Below are positions 10,761-20,178 of a stretch of DNA of 64,000 nucleotides, piece after piece; the first letter of the stretch is position 1, and each line of letters starts with the position of its first letter. A program made the translations under genes and the position numbers. Below the pieces are notes generated by a model. The model saw only the letters and a list, made by a program, of their open reading frames with translations, was not told the DNA's origin and searched no databases. Where the stretch lies: contig MFQZ01000003.1 of the NCBI GenBank assembly GCA_001784435.1, positions 3,022-67,021 on the forward strand, given 5' to 3'. The DNA comes from Candidatus Magasanikbacteria bacterium RIFOXYC2_FULL_42_28 (GTDB lineage: Bacteria > Patescibacteriota > Patescibacteriia > Magasanikbacterales > GWA2-37-8).

Positions 10761-11387
10761 TTAAGCCAAATTTTCTGCCACACTATACTCTTGCAACGCC
10801 TTTTTAATTTTCTGCTCGCTTACTTCATAACCTGGCAAAAAATAAACTTTCTCGCTATAATTAATATCATTAAAATACGCTAACTGCTCTCTAAAAATTC
10901 TTCCATTAAACTCACCACCAAATATTGCTTTCCCGGCTTTGGTTATTTCTACGACTGAATGATGATCACGAATGATAAAATATAAGTCAACATAATCTTT
11001 CCATTTTGCTCGCCGCCCCAAAGCGTACGCTTTCATCGCGGCCAAAGTAAGCAAATCCGGAAAACGCAGTAACTTGTCAAAATTTTTGCTATAATCAATT
11101 TTGAATGGATATTGAAAAAAAGTCAACTGTACTTGTCCAATAAAAAAAGTAAATTGACCATCTTCGTCCTTATACACCGTTTTTATCTTTCGTCGGCTCT
11201 TAGTAATCGCTTTTCTAATTTTGGCATTATCAAATTTCTCCAAAGAAAACAAATCAAAATCAATTGACTGACGATGGCCAATTTGCAAAGCAATAGCCGT
11301 TCCTCCCACCAAACCAAATTTTTTAGTAAATTTTCCCACTAACGGCAAGAGTTGACGTTGTTCCTCTGATAAAATTTCTGGATGCAT
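10761..11387 (-). CDS. AbiEii/AbiGii-like nucleotidyltransferase toxin
   Basis: LVGGTAIALQIGHRQSIDFDLF; AAMKAYALGRRAKWKDYVDLY. Confidence 0.85.
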   Translation of the reverse strand: MHPEILSEEQRQLLPLVGKFTKKFGLVGGTAIALQIGHRQSIDFDLFSLEKFDNAKIRKAITKSRRKIKTVYKDEDGQFTFFIGQVQLTFFQYPFKIDYSKNFDKLLRFPDLLTLAAMKAYALGRRAKWKDYVDLYFIIRDHHSVVEITKAGKAIFGGEFNGRIFREQLAYFNDINYSEKVYFLPGYEVSEQKIKKALQEYSVAENLA

Positions 11388-11392
11388 AATAT

Positions 11393-11677
11393 TTAGCGGT
11401 GTTTATCAAAATAAAGATTGAAGAAATTAGTTGTTTTTTCATCATAATTCGTCCGCCCCCACTTCTTTGGCTTGGAATCGGCGCGAAAAATTTTCGCGGT
11501 TTTTTCCATCCCTAAAATTTTAATCAATTTTTGCACATCATCCCAATCGCCATAATTCAAAGTGGCTTCCACAATGGACTCAGCCCCGAGGGAGTCATAA
11601 TCCTTCACATACCAAATCAGATATTTTCTTTTTTTAATAAAATCGTGAATTGTCATATAAATATTGGCTATATTCAC
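11393..11677 (-). CDS. Small putative antitoxin partner (DUF6922-like)
   Basis: LIWYV...IVEATLNYGDWDD pattern; directly upstream of the nucleotidyltransferase; start may be Met 11656. Confidence 0.65.
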   Translation of the reverse strand: MNIANIYMTIHDFIKKRKYLIWYVKDYDSLGAESIVEATLNYGDWDDVQKLIKILGMEKTAKIFRADSKPKKWGRTNYDEKTTNFFNLYFDKHR

Positions 11678-11986
11678 CTATATTATATCATAATTTGACG
11701 AAAAAATCAATATCATTTCCCCCTCAATCTCTACCGCTCCGCCCTCATATTCCCCCGCGTGCGCCGCTTGTCCTTCATACACCGGCGCCTTCTGATCCAA
11801 ATGTAAATTCAATTCCCAATTTGCGCCGGCGTCTTTAACATATAAATGAAATCGGGGATACAACATCCCCCGCACCGGATGGCGCGCGTAACTTTTCTCG
11901 CCCCGAAACATTTTCAAACCATAGCCACAGCGACGGACAAATTTATCAACGTCGGGGATTTTAGTTTTTAATAATGGAATTTTCAT
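11678..11986 (-). CDS. Conserved-looking hypothetical protein
   Basis: YPRFHLY...NLHLDQKAPVYEGQAAHAGEYEG; ATG start. Confidence 0.65.
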   Translation of the reverse strand: MKIPLLKTKIPDVDKFVRRCGYGLKMFRGEKSYARHPVRGMLYPRFHLYVKDAGANWELNLHLDQKAPVYEGQAAHAGEYEGGAVEIEGEMILIFSSNYDII

Positions 11987-11995
11987 ATTTTTGTT

Positions 11996-12027
11996 GTCAT
12001 TGCGAGCCCAAAGGGGCGTGGCAATCT
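11996..12027. repeat. GTCATTGCGAG...GGCAATCT palindromic element
   Basis: Related copies at 13685-13717 (reverse), 25115-25141 (inside miaA), about 41466-41477 (partial) and 45124-45171 (reverse). Confidence 0.8.
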
Positions 12028-12039
12028 CTATTTCATCTA

Positions 12040-13527
12040 TTATTTTATTTTCCGCACCACTCCCTTATCCGCATCCACCTCCACCATATCGCCGTCTTTA
12101 AAAATTTTAGTGGCATTTTTAAAACTTACCACGCACGGCACACCGAACTCGCGCGCCACCACCGCCGCATGGCAAGTCAAACTCCCCACTTCGGTAACAA
12201 TCGCACCGGCATTTTTCATGGCCGGTAAATAATCCACCATTGTAACCACACTAATCATAATATCGCCCTTTTTTACTTTATAATTATCTTGCGGACCGGC
12301 AACTATTTTCGCTTGACCAACTGTTCGCCCAACGCTGGCACAAATACCTTTGCCACTATTATTTTCTCCAATGTACCCGGTAGTTTTTTCTAAATAAGCA
12401 AATAATTTTTTTGCTTCGGACGTAGTAAATATATATCTTTTTAACATCGCTTTATCATATCCATAACCACAAATTTCCCGCCGATCGCCCAATATTTTTT
12501 CGACATTTAATTCTCCTCGTAACGCTAATACCACCTCATGTTCATACAAAGTGCGCAACTGTTTAACTGATAAAAATAACCGTTTACATATTTCTTTATA
12601 CAACGGCAATACCTGGAAAGTGCAATAACTCATTAAATATTCCGCTTCATTACGCGCGTCCAATGCCAAACTAAAATCTATAAATACTTGCAACTCACGC
12701 TTGGATAAATTATACTTTTTTACAATATTAAAAATATCATTTCTACGTACACGCGTATATTTTTTTAATTCATTAAATTGGCGACTTAGTTCGTCAACAT
12801 CTCGATTTTGCAATTCTACCAACTCTTCTTCGTAATGTTTGGCGCCCCACGGCTCACCATACGCCGCCACCGGCATCCAACCAAAATTCTTGGCCAACCG
12901 CATTGCTGAAATTTTTAATTCATAACCTGATTTAATCTTAATTACCTCACCCAAAACCGCGCGCTTCTCTTTTAAAGTTGTAGAAATTTCATCTGGTTTT
13001 GTTAAAATAAATAACGCCTTAAAATATTCCGGCGAATTGTCCGCCAAACCTTTACTAATTAGAATCTCCCGCATCGGCGAATTCCAATAATCTTCCGCAA
13101 TCCAACCAATTTGATCAAATACGGTAGCGCGATGAACCCAATCCCGATTAGTTTGATACATTTTAATCAATTCCGGTGTAGATAATTTAGCCACCTGCGC
13201 TACACCAACTTTTAGCAAACTTTTCAACAGTTGCGCGCGTAAATTATAGAATTTCAATAATTTCTTTTCAATAAATTTATAATCTTTTTTAGTGCTATTT
13301 TTTATATATTTATTCAACTTTTCAAAAAACCATTCAGGAAAATACGCGTGCTGATAAACATTGTTATTTTCAGCAGTACTAACAATAAGAGTGCCTTTTC
13401 CAAAACCAAAGGTCTTCTTAAAATAGCGCGCTGACTCTGGCCCATGCCAAGCTTCAGTATCCAAAGGATATACACTCCACTTCCCCATTTTCTTCAATTT
13501 TATTTTATAATAATTTTCGTGAGGCAT
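12040..13527 (-). CDS. Protein with a C-terminal PEP-utilising (swivel His) domain
   Basis: AIVTEVGSLTCHAAVVAREFGVPCVV...GDMVEVDADKG. Confidence 0.85.
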   Translation of the reverse strand: MPHENYYKIKLKKMGKWSVYPLDTEAWHGPESARYFKKTFGFGKGTLIVSTAENNNVYQHAYFPEWFFEKLNKYIKNSTKKDYKFIEKKLLKFYNLRAQLLKSLLKVGVAQVAKLSTPELIKMYQTNRDWVHRATVFDQIGWIAEDYWNSPMREILISKGLADNSPEYFKALFILTKPDEISTTLKEKRAVLGEVIKIKSGYELKISAMRLAKNFGWMPVAAYGEPWGAKHYEEELVELQNRDVDELSRQFNELKKYTRVRRNDIFNIVKKYNLSKRELQVFIDFSLALDARNEAEYLMSYCTFQVLPLYKEICKRLFLSVKQLRTLYEHEVVLALRGELNVEKILGDRREICGYGYDKAMLKRYIFTTSEAKKLFAYLEKTTGYIGENNSGKGICASVGRTVGQAKIVAGPQDNYKVKKGDIMISVVTMVDYLPAMKNAGAIVTEVGSLTCHAAVVAREFGVPCVVSFKNATKIFKDGDMVEVDADKGVVRKIK

Positions 13528-13728
13528 ACAGACAAATTTACTATTAATCCTATCTTACCAGCAATCCCCACTTTTTTCAATCCTTTAGCATTTGACCCCC
13601 ACACCAATTTGCGGTAAAATGACAGTGCCGACCGACGAATACCCCACCCTCGCCCTCCCCTTTTTATAAAGGGAGGGGAAACCGAGATTGCCGCGTTGTT
13701 TCACTCCTCGCAATGACAAATAAACCCT

Positions 13729-15147
13729 ATGAAACGCTTTGAACTATTTTTCACTTTTTTACAATTACCGCTGGATTACGCCGCTTTGGTACTCGCCGGA
13801 TTCACGGCCTATACCTTGCGTTTTTCCGATTTCGCCATTTCTATTCGGCCGGTAATTTTTAATTTATCTTGGGAAAAATATTGGCCGCTCGTACTGGCTG
13901 TCTCGGCGCTTTGGGTGATGATTTTTGCGATTTCCGGATTATATAGTGCCGATCCTAACCGTAAATTCGCCGCTGAATTTTCCAAAATAATTTTGGCCTG
14001 CTCCACCGGATTTTCGGCCATCACAATTTACGTTTTTTTTACTTTACAAAAATTTGATTCCCGCTTTTTGGTTTTAGCCGGTTGGATTTTGGCGATGATT
14101 TTTGTGGTATTTGCTCGCATGCTGATGCGCGCTTTTAAAGCCGGCCTGCACTACGGCGGATTTGGCTTACGCTTGGTAGGAATTATTGGTGCCGAAGAAA
14201 TTGCCGAAACCATTGCTTCGGAACTTGATGGGCGCCGCTATTTGGGATACAAAGTCGTAGGAATTTTTCCGCATTTTAATCAAGAGACGTCCAAACGATT
14301 GCTCACCTTAAATCCGGATGAAATTTTATTCACCGACCCCAAAGCACACGAAGCCGATACTTTAAAAGCCATTGATTTTGCCAATGAACATCATTTGACT
14401 TTTAAATATTCCGCTGATCTTTTTTCTACCATTTCCACCAACATGACTGTCTCAACTTTGGCCGGCGTGCCGATAATTGAACTCAAACGCGCGCGTATCA
14501 CGAGTTGGGGTAGAATTATCAAACGCTTAATTGACATCGTTGGCGGGCTGACTTTATTGTTAATTTGCGTTCCGATATATTTAATTATCACCCTCATAAT
14601 TTTAATTGAAACCGGCCGGCCGATAATTTACAAAAATGAACGCGTGGGACAAGAAGGCAAAAAATTTAACGCCTATAAATTCCGATCACTCTATCAGAAA
14701 TTTTGCACTGGAAGGCAGTTTGGCGAAGACGGCCAAATGGCTTTACAAAAAGAACAAGAATTAATTTCCGCGCAAAGTATTAAATCCGGACCGGTTTATA
14801 AAATTCAAGACGACCCGCGCGTGACGCCTTTCGGCCGATTTATTCGTCGTTTTAGTTTGGACGAGATTCCCCAATTTTTAAATGTATTGCTTGGTAATAT
14901 GAGTTTAGTTGGTCCGCGCCCACATCAACCGCGCGAAGTGGCCAAATATGAAAAGCAACAAAAAATTGTCATGGCGGTTAAGCCGGGCATGTCCGGCCTG
15001 GCCCAAGTTTCCGGCCGCAGTAATTTAAGTTTTGAAGATGAAATAAAGTTAGATACTTTTTATTTAGAAAATTGGACGATTTTAATGGATGTGATAATTA
15101 TTTTAAAAACGCCGTTTGTGGTGATTAGACGAAAAGGGGCGTGGTAA
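13729..15147 (+). CDS. Polyprenyl glycosylphosphotransferase (WcaJ/CpsE-like)
   Basis: [49 protein letters not shown]. Confidence 0.92.
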   Translation: MKRFELFFTFLQLPLDYAALVLAGFTAYTLRFSDFAISIRPVIFNLSWEKYWPLVLAVSALWVMIFAISGLYSADPNRKFAAEFSKIILACSTGFSAITIYVFFTLQKFDSRFLVLAGWILAMIFVVFARMLMRAFKAGLHYGGFGLRLVGIIGAEEIAETIASELDGRRYLGYKVVGIFPHFNQETSKRLLTLNPDEILFTDPKAHEADTLKAIDFANEHHLTFKYSADLFSTISTNMTVSTLAGVPIIELKRARITSWGRIIKRLIDIVGGLTLLLICVPIYLIITLIILIETGRPIIYKNERVGQEGKKFNAYKFRSLYQKFCTGRQFGEDGQMALQKEQELISAQSIKSGPVYKIQDDPRVTPFGRFIRRFSLDEIPQFLNVLLGNMSLVGPRPHQPREVAKYEKQQKIVMAVKPGMSGLAQVSGRSNLSFEDEIKLDTFYLENWTILMDVIIILKTPFVVIRRKGAW

Positions 15148-15149
15148 TA

Positions 15150-15278
15150 AAAATTAAACACTAAATACTAAACCATAAATTCTAAACAAGTTCAAATGTT
15201 CAAAATACAAATTTTAAACACTTTGAATTTTAGATTTTGAAATTGTTTAGAATTTAGGACTTAGAGTTTAGAGTTTCA
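15150..15278. repeat. Inverted array of degenerate ~7-nt repeats (long imperfect hairpin)
   Basis: A-rich arm (AAATACT/AAATTCT/AAATGTT) followed by a T-rich complementary arm (TTTAGA/TTTTGA). Confidence 0.7.
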
Positions 15279-15281
15279 ATT

Positions 15282-16400
15282 ATGCGCGTAGCGCTAGTAC
15301 ACGACTATCTATTCCAAGACGGCGGAGCCGAAAGAGTGCTCCGCGCCCTCCATGAAATTTGGCCCGAGGCGCCGATTTTTGTTTTGTTTCATAATAAAGA
15401 AAAAATCAGTTCATCGGCCGAAACGCGCGAATCATTTTTAGCCAAATTACCGGGCGGACGCACCGCGTTTCAATGGTATCTCCCTTGGATGCCGCTGGCC
15501 ACTGAGCGCCATGATTTATCCGGCTTTGATTTGGTAATTTCTTCGTCCAGTATTTTCGCCAAAGGCATTATCACTTCCCCGGGCACTTTGCATATTTCTT
15601 ACTGCCACACGCCGGCGCGCTTTTTGTGGGCCGATGGCCACGAATATTTATCTGATTTAAAACATTCGCCTTTTGTCAAACTGATTTTACCCGGACTAAT
15701 TCATCGTTTGCGTTTGTGGGACCAAATGAGCACGGCGCGCGTGGACCGCATCGTTGCCAATTCGCACACCGTGCGCAATCGCATTTTAAAATATTATCGA
15801 CGCGACTCGGAAGTGATTTACCCGCCAGTAAATACTAAACTTTTCAAAGCCAGCCCGCTCGTGGAAAATTATTTTGTCGCCGGTGGTCGGCTCGTCCCTT
15901 ACAAACGATTAGATCTGGCCGTCAAGACATTCAATCGCCTTAAACTGCCGTTAAAAATTTTTGGCATTGGGCCGGAATTAACATACTTACAAAAAATCGC
16001 CAAATCCAACATTGAATTTTTAGGAAAAATATCCGAAATGGATAAAGCGAGTTTACTCGCCCACGCCCAAGCGTTTATCCACCCTCAATTGGAGGACTTT
16101 GGCATCACGCCGGTCGAATCAATGGCCGCCGGCCGGCCGGTAATCGCCTATGGCCAAGGTGGAGCCACCGAGACCATCACCCACGGTGAAACCGGTGTCT
16201 TATTTCCCCGCCAAAATTGGGAATCACTTTATCAAGCCGTGCGAGATTTTGACGGCAAGGCCTGGGATAGCGAAAAGTTACACGCCCAAGCGGAAAAATT
16301 TTCTACCGAAGAATTTAAACAAAAAATCAGCCGATACGTGGCTGACTCTTATGATGAATTCAAAAAAGGTTTTAATCAGTGCGAGTTGAAATTAAAATAA
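15282..16400 (+). CDS. Glycosyltransferase family 4
   Basis: MRVALVHDYL...GGAERVL; EDFGITPVESMAAGRPVIA. Confidence 0.92.
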   Translation: MRVALVHDYLFQDGGAERVLRALHEIWPEAPIFVLFHNKEKISSSAETRESFLAKLPGGRTAFQWYLPWMPLATERHDLSGFDLVISSSSIFAKGIITSPGTLHISYCHTPARFLWADGHEYLSDLKHSPFVKLILPGLIHRLRLWDQMSTARVDRIVANSHTVRNRILKYYRRDSEVIYPPVNTKLFKASPLVENYFVAGGRLVPYKRLDLAVKTFNRLKLPLKIFGIGPELTYLQKIAKSNIEFLGKISEMDKASLLAHAQAFIHPQLEDFGITPVESMAAGRPVIAYGQGGATETITHGETGVLFPRQNWESLYQAVRDFDGKAWDSEKLHAQAEKFSTEEFKQKISRYVADSYDEFKKGFNQCELKLK

Positions 16401-17681
16401 AATATCTTTCGCCCAATTGATAATGTGATCGCCCGCGTTGGGAAAAATACTAACAACGAGCAACAGTAAACTCACGAGCGACAACCGCACCACCGCTTCC
16501 CAAGTAACCAAATTATACCAAAATTTTTGAAATTTGCTCGGTTCCGGTAGCCCGAGTTTTTTTGTTTTGTTCATGAGTAACGCCACGAACACCAAAATTA
16601 CTGGGAGTAAAATCGCGTTCACCACCTGCGCCGAAACCATAATGTGAAACAACGACAAAAATGGCAACAGCACTATTACCGAAGCGATGCCAATTATTAC
16701 CGCCATCAGTCCATAAAACCACGGGGCTTCTTTCCAGGTGCGATTCATGCCATATTCAAACCCCAAGGCCTCACAAATAGTATAGCTCGTGGTTAATGGC
16801 AAAATAAACGCGCCCAAAAGTGACGCGCAAAAAAATCCAAACCCAAACAAAAACTCGGCCCAGTTGCCCAAAATTGGCCGCAAGGATAAAGCGGCGCTTT
16901 TGGCGCTATCCACCACAATGCCATTATCATACAAAACATTTTTGGTAGTAATTATTATCATCGCCGCGATCAAACAGGTAAAAAACGCGCTCAAAAATAC
17001 TTCCCATTTCTCAATTTTAAAATACTTAGGGCTGACGCCTTTGTCTACGATATAGGACTGAATAAAAAACTGCCCCCACGGCGTGACGGTCGTGCCCATA
17101 ATGCCCAAAAATGCCACAAGATAGGCACTGCCAAAAGAAAAATGCGGCACTGTCAGCGCGCGCCCAACTTCGGCCCAATCCGGTTGCGCCATCACCGCCG
17201 CGAAAACATAAACAACAAAAAATAATGATATCAATAAAAAAAATCTTTCCACTTTTTTAAATGAACCTTTGTACAAAATCCACCAAATTAAAACCGCAAA
17301 AATCGGCACGGTGATAAATTTACTGACGCCAAAAATTTCAAATGAACTCGCGATACCAGCCATTTCCGAAGCCGACACCGCGGTATTGGCGATAAATAAT
17401 GTTAAGAGCGCGAGCACGGTGGCGCGTACGCCGAAATTTTCCCGAATCAATGCCGACAGACCTTTGCCGGTATAAATTCCTAAACGCGCTCCGACGCTTT
17501 GAGTGACGAATAAAGTGATGACATTAAGCGTCAAAACCCATAACAATAGATAACCAAAACGCGAACCGGCGTAAGCGTAGGTGCTAATACCGCCGGCATC
17601 GTTATTAGCCGCGCCCGCGATGAGCCCGGGACCGACAACGCCCAGCGCAATCACAATTTTTGGCCAAAAATTTTTAAACAT
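16392..17681 (-). CDS. NRAMP-family divalent metal transporter
   Basis: GPGLIAGAANNDAGGISTY; GTTVTPWGQF; about 11 TM helices. Confidence 0.88.
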   Translation of the reverse strand: MFKNFWPKIVIALGVVGPGLIAGAANNDAGGISTYAYAGSRFGYLLLWVLTLNVITLFVTQSVGARLGIYTGKGLSALIRENFGVRATVLALLTLFIANTAVSASEMAGIASSFEIFGVSKFITVPIFAVLIWWILYKGSFKKVERFFLLISLFFVVYVFAAVMAQPDWAEVGRALTVPHFSFGSAYLVAFLGIMGTTVTPWGQFFIQSYIVDKGVSPKYFKIEKWEVFLSAFFTCLIAAMIIITTKNVLYDNGIVVDSAKSAALSLRPILGNWAEFLFGFGFFCASLLGAFILPLTTSYTICEALGFEYGMNRTWKEAPWFYGLMAVIIGIASVIVLLPFLSLFHIMVSAQVVNAILLPVILVFVALLMNKTKKLGLPEPSKFQKFWYNLVTWEAVVRLSLVSLLLLVVSIFPNAGDHIINWAKDILF

Positions 17682-17688
17682 AAAATAC

Positions 17689-18900
17689 TTACGCTCTCGG
17701 ACGCATCGTGCGCATCACGTCGTCAATGGTAACCACCCCCAACATCTTGTGATCTTTGTCCAAAACCGCCACGCTAAACAAATTATAGCGCGTCATCATA
17801 TCACAAATATAATTAAGATTATCATCCGGGCTTAGGGTCGGCAAACGCTTCTGTTTTTTGATTACTTCGCGCAATTTTTGTTCCGGTTTTGCCAAAAGCA
17901 AACGCCGCAGCGAAATAGCGCCTCGAAATACGCCTTCGGTATTAATACCATAAATATACAAAATGGAACGAAATCGCGCGGAAAATTTACGAACTTCTTC
18001 CATTGCTTGCGCCACGGTCAAATCTAAACTAACCGGAATATAATCAACGGTCATAAGACCACCCGCCGTATCATCGTCGTGCGCCAATAACTTCTTAACT
18101 GCTTGATGGCGCTCATCTCCTAAAAACGACAAATAAACCGCGGCATCAGATTTAGAAAATGATTGAATCAAATCCACCACTTCATCGGTGGACATATTAT
18201 CTAAAATTTGGCGAATCCGCCCTGGGTCAAAACTTTTTAAAAATTTCTTTTGAGTTTCTTCATCCATTTCTTCCAACACTTTGGCGGCACTACGCGGATC
18301 TAAATAACCAACTAACTTACTACCGCGTTTTAAATGTAAGTCCTCGATAATATCGGCCATATCGGCCGGATGCAAACGATGAAAATTACTGGCCAACGCC
18401 CCGATTTTTAAAGTCCCGCGCACGGGCGAAGCATCGCGCCAATCAATCAAATTGGTTTTAAGTAAATGAAAAACATCTAACCACAAAAGTCCAAGGCGCC
18501 GAAACAATCCGCGCACACTCACATCAATCCCCACCACGCGCATTTTATCGTCCACCACCGCGAAACGCAAATCATTGGCTCGCACCACGCGCGCGCCGTT
18601 GATATCCATAATTTGTTGATCGTAAATATCGTCCACGAGCGAAAGACAACCGGTGGGACGCTCGGTAACGCGCTCTAATTTATCCCAAACCCGACGCAAT
18701 ACCACTCCGGATTTACTAATATGCTCGGTTTCTCCGTAAGGAATATAAAATAATCCTCCGCCTTTTCCGGCAATAACCAAAAATTCCAACGGAGCATATT
18801 CGCCGTCTTGTGATTTAATTAAAATATCTTTTAAGCGACCGACGACTTTTTCCGAAGCATCAGTGACATCGGATTTTAAAATACCGCTAAAATACATCAT
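17689..18900 (-). CDS. MgtE intracellular/CBS-domain protein
   Basis: LHPADMADIIEDL, DDTAGGLMT, GVVTIDDV; start set at MMYFS (18900); in an operon with the NRAMP gene. Confidence 0.85.
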   Translation of the reverse strand: MMYFSGILKSDVTDASEKVVGRLKDILIKSQDGEYAPLEFLVIAGKGGGLFYIPYGETEHISKSGVVLRRVWDKLERVTERPTGCLSLVDDIYDQQIMDINGARVVRANDLRFAVVDDKMRVVGIDVSVRGLFRRLGLLWLDVFHLLKTNLIDWRDASPVRGTLKIGALASNFHRLHPADMADIIEDLHLKRGSKLVGYLDPRSAAKVLEEMDEETQKKFLKSFDPGRIRQILDNMSTDEVVDLIQSFSKSDAAVYLSFLGDERHQAVKKLLAHDDDTAGGLMTVDYIPVSLDLTVAQAMEEVRKFSARFRSILYIYGINTEGVFRGAISLRRLLLAKPEQKLREVIKKQKRLPTLSPDDNLNYICDMMTRYNLFSVAVLDKDHKMLGVVTIDDVMRTMRPRA

Positions 18901-18998
18901 ATTGGCGACATTAAATTTCAGCTTAATTATACCCCCAAAAAACAAAAAAATCAATATGGACAAAACTACCAAAAAAAGATATGATTAAGAAAGAATAT

Positions 18999-20117
18999 AT
19001 GCGAATTGGAATTGACGCGCGGATGTATGGCCCAAAACAAGGCGGACTCGGACGATACATTCAGCAACTAATTTTAAACTTGGAAAAAATTGATAGCGTT
19101 AACGAATACGTAATTTTTTTGCGTAAGGAAAATTGGGATGAATTTACGCCAACCGCGCCGAATTTTACGAAAAAATTAGCCGACATTCATTGGTACGGCT
19201 GGCGCGAACAACTGCTTTTACCAAAAATTTTAAATACTGCCAAAGTAGATTTAATGCATTTCCCCCATTGGAATGTGCCATTTTTTTATCGCCAGCCATT
19301 TGTCGCGACTATTCATGATTTATTGCTACTTCACTATCCCACTCGCGCCGCCAGCACTCTCGGACCGATTTCGTATTTCTTCAAAAATATTGCATTTAAA
19401 TTTATTTTAAACCACACTGCCAAATCTGCCAAACAAATTATTACGCCGTGCGAGTTTGTAAAAAACGATATTGTAAAAACGTTAAAAATAAATCCCGAAA
19501 AAATTGCCGTCACACTTTTAGCGCCGACGCTAAGCGTCGGCCATGGGACGTTAAGCGTCCCGCCCGATAACCTCCCCACCCAACCCTATGTTTTATACGT
19601 TGGCGTGGCCTTCCCCCACAAAAACCTGCCCGGTCTGATTCGCGCTTGGAAAATTTTTACAGAAAAATATGACAACAGTTATCGCTTAGTTTTAGTTGGT
19701 AAGGAAAATTATTTTTACAGACAACTTCAAAATCATCCCCTTGTTAAAGAATTGAAAAACAAACCAATTTTCACCGGCTTTGTGCCGGACGAACAGTTGG
19801 CGCATTTTTATCAAAACGCATCGCTGTATATTTTTCCGTCGCTCTACGAAGGATTTGGTGTGCCACCGCTGGAAGCAATGCAATATAATATTCCGGTCGC
19901 GTCCTCAAACCGCACCTGCCTGCCCGAAATTTTAAAAGACGCGGTGGTATATTTTGATCCGGAAAACTACGAAGCAATAGCCGAAACGATAAAACACGCG
20001 CTCACTGACGAAAATTTACGCAAAAATCTCATAATTAAAGGCCAAAATCTTCTCAAGAATTACTCTTGGGACGCGACTACCAAACAAACGCTCAAAATTT
20101 ACCAAAATTGGGGATAA
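18999..20117 (+). CDS. Glycosyltransferase family 4, with an in-frame palindrome insertion
   Basis: MRIGIDAR; FPSLYEGFGVPPLEAM. Confidence 0.92.
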   Translation: MRIGIDARMYGPKQGGLGRYIQQLILNLEKIDSVNEYVIFLRKENWDEFTPTAPNFTKKLADIHWYGWREQLLLPKILNTAKVDLMHFPHWNVPFFYRQPFVATIHDLLLLHYPTRAASTLGPISYFFKNIAFKFILNHTAKSAKQIITPCEFVKNDIVKTLKINPEKIAVTLLAPTLSVGHGTLSVPPDNLPTQPYVLYVGVAFPHKNLPGLIRAWKIFTEKYDNSYRLVLVGKENYFYRQLQNHPLVKELKNKPIFTGFVPDEQLAHFYQNASLYIFPSLYEGFGVPPLEAMQYNIPVASSNRTCLPEILKDAVVYFDPENYEAIAETIKHALTDENLRKNLIIKGQNLLKNYSWDATTKQTLKIYQNWG

Positions 20118-20178
20118 CTTCCTGCCCAAACCAGCAAAAAAATGGTATAATACCGCTGTCAGAAATTCATTGCTTGTC

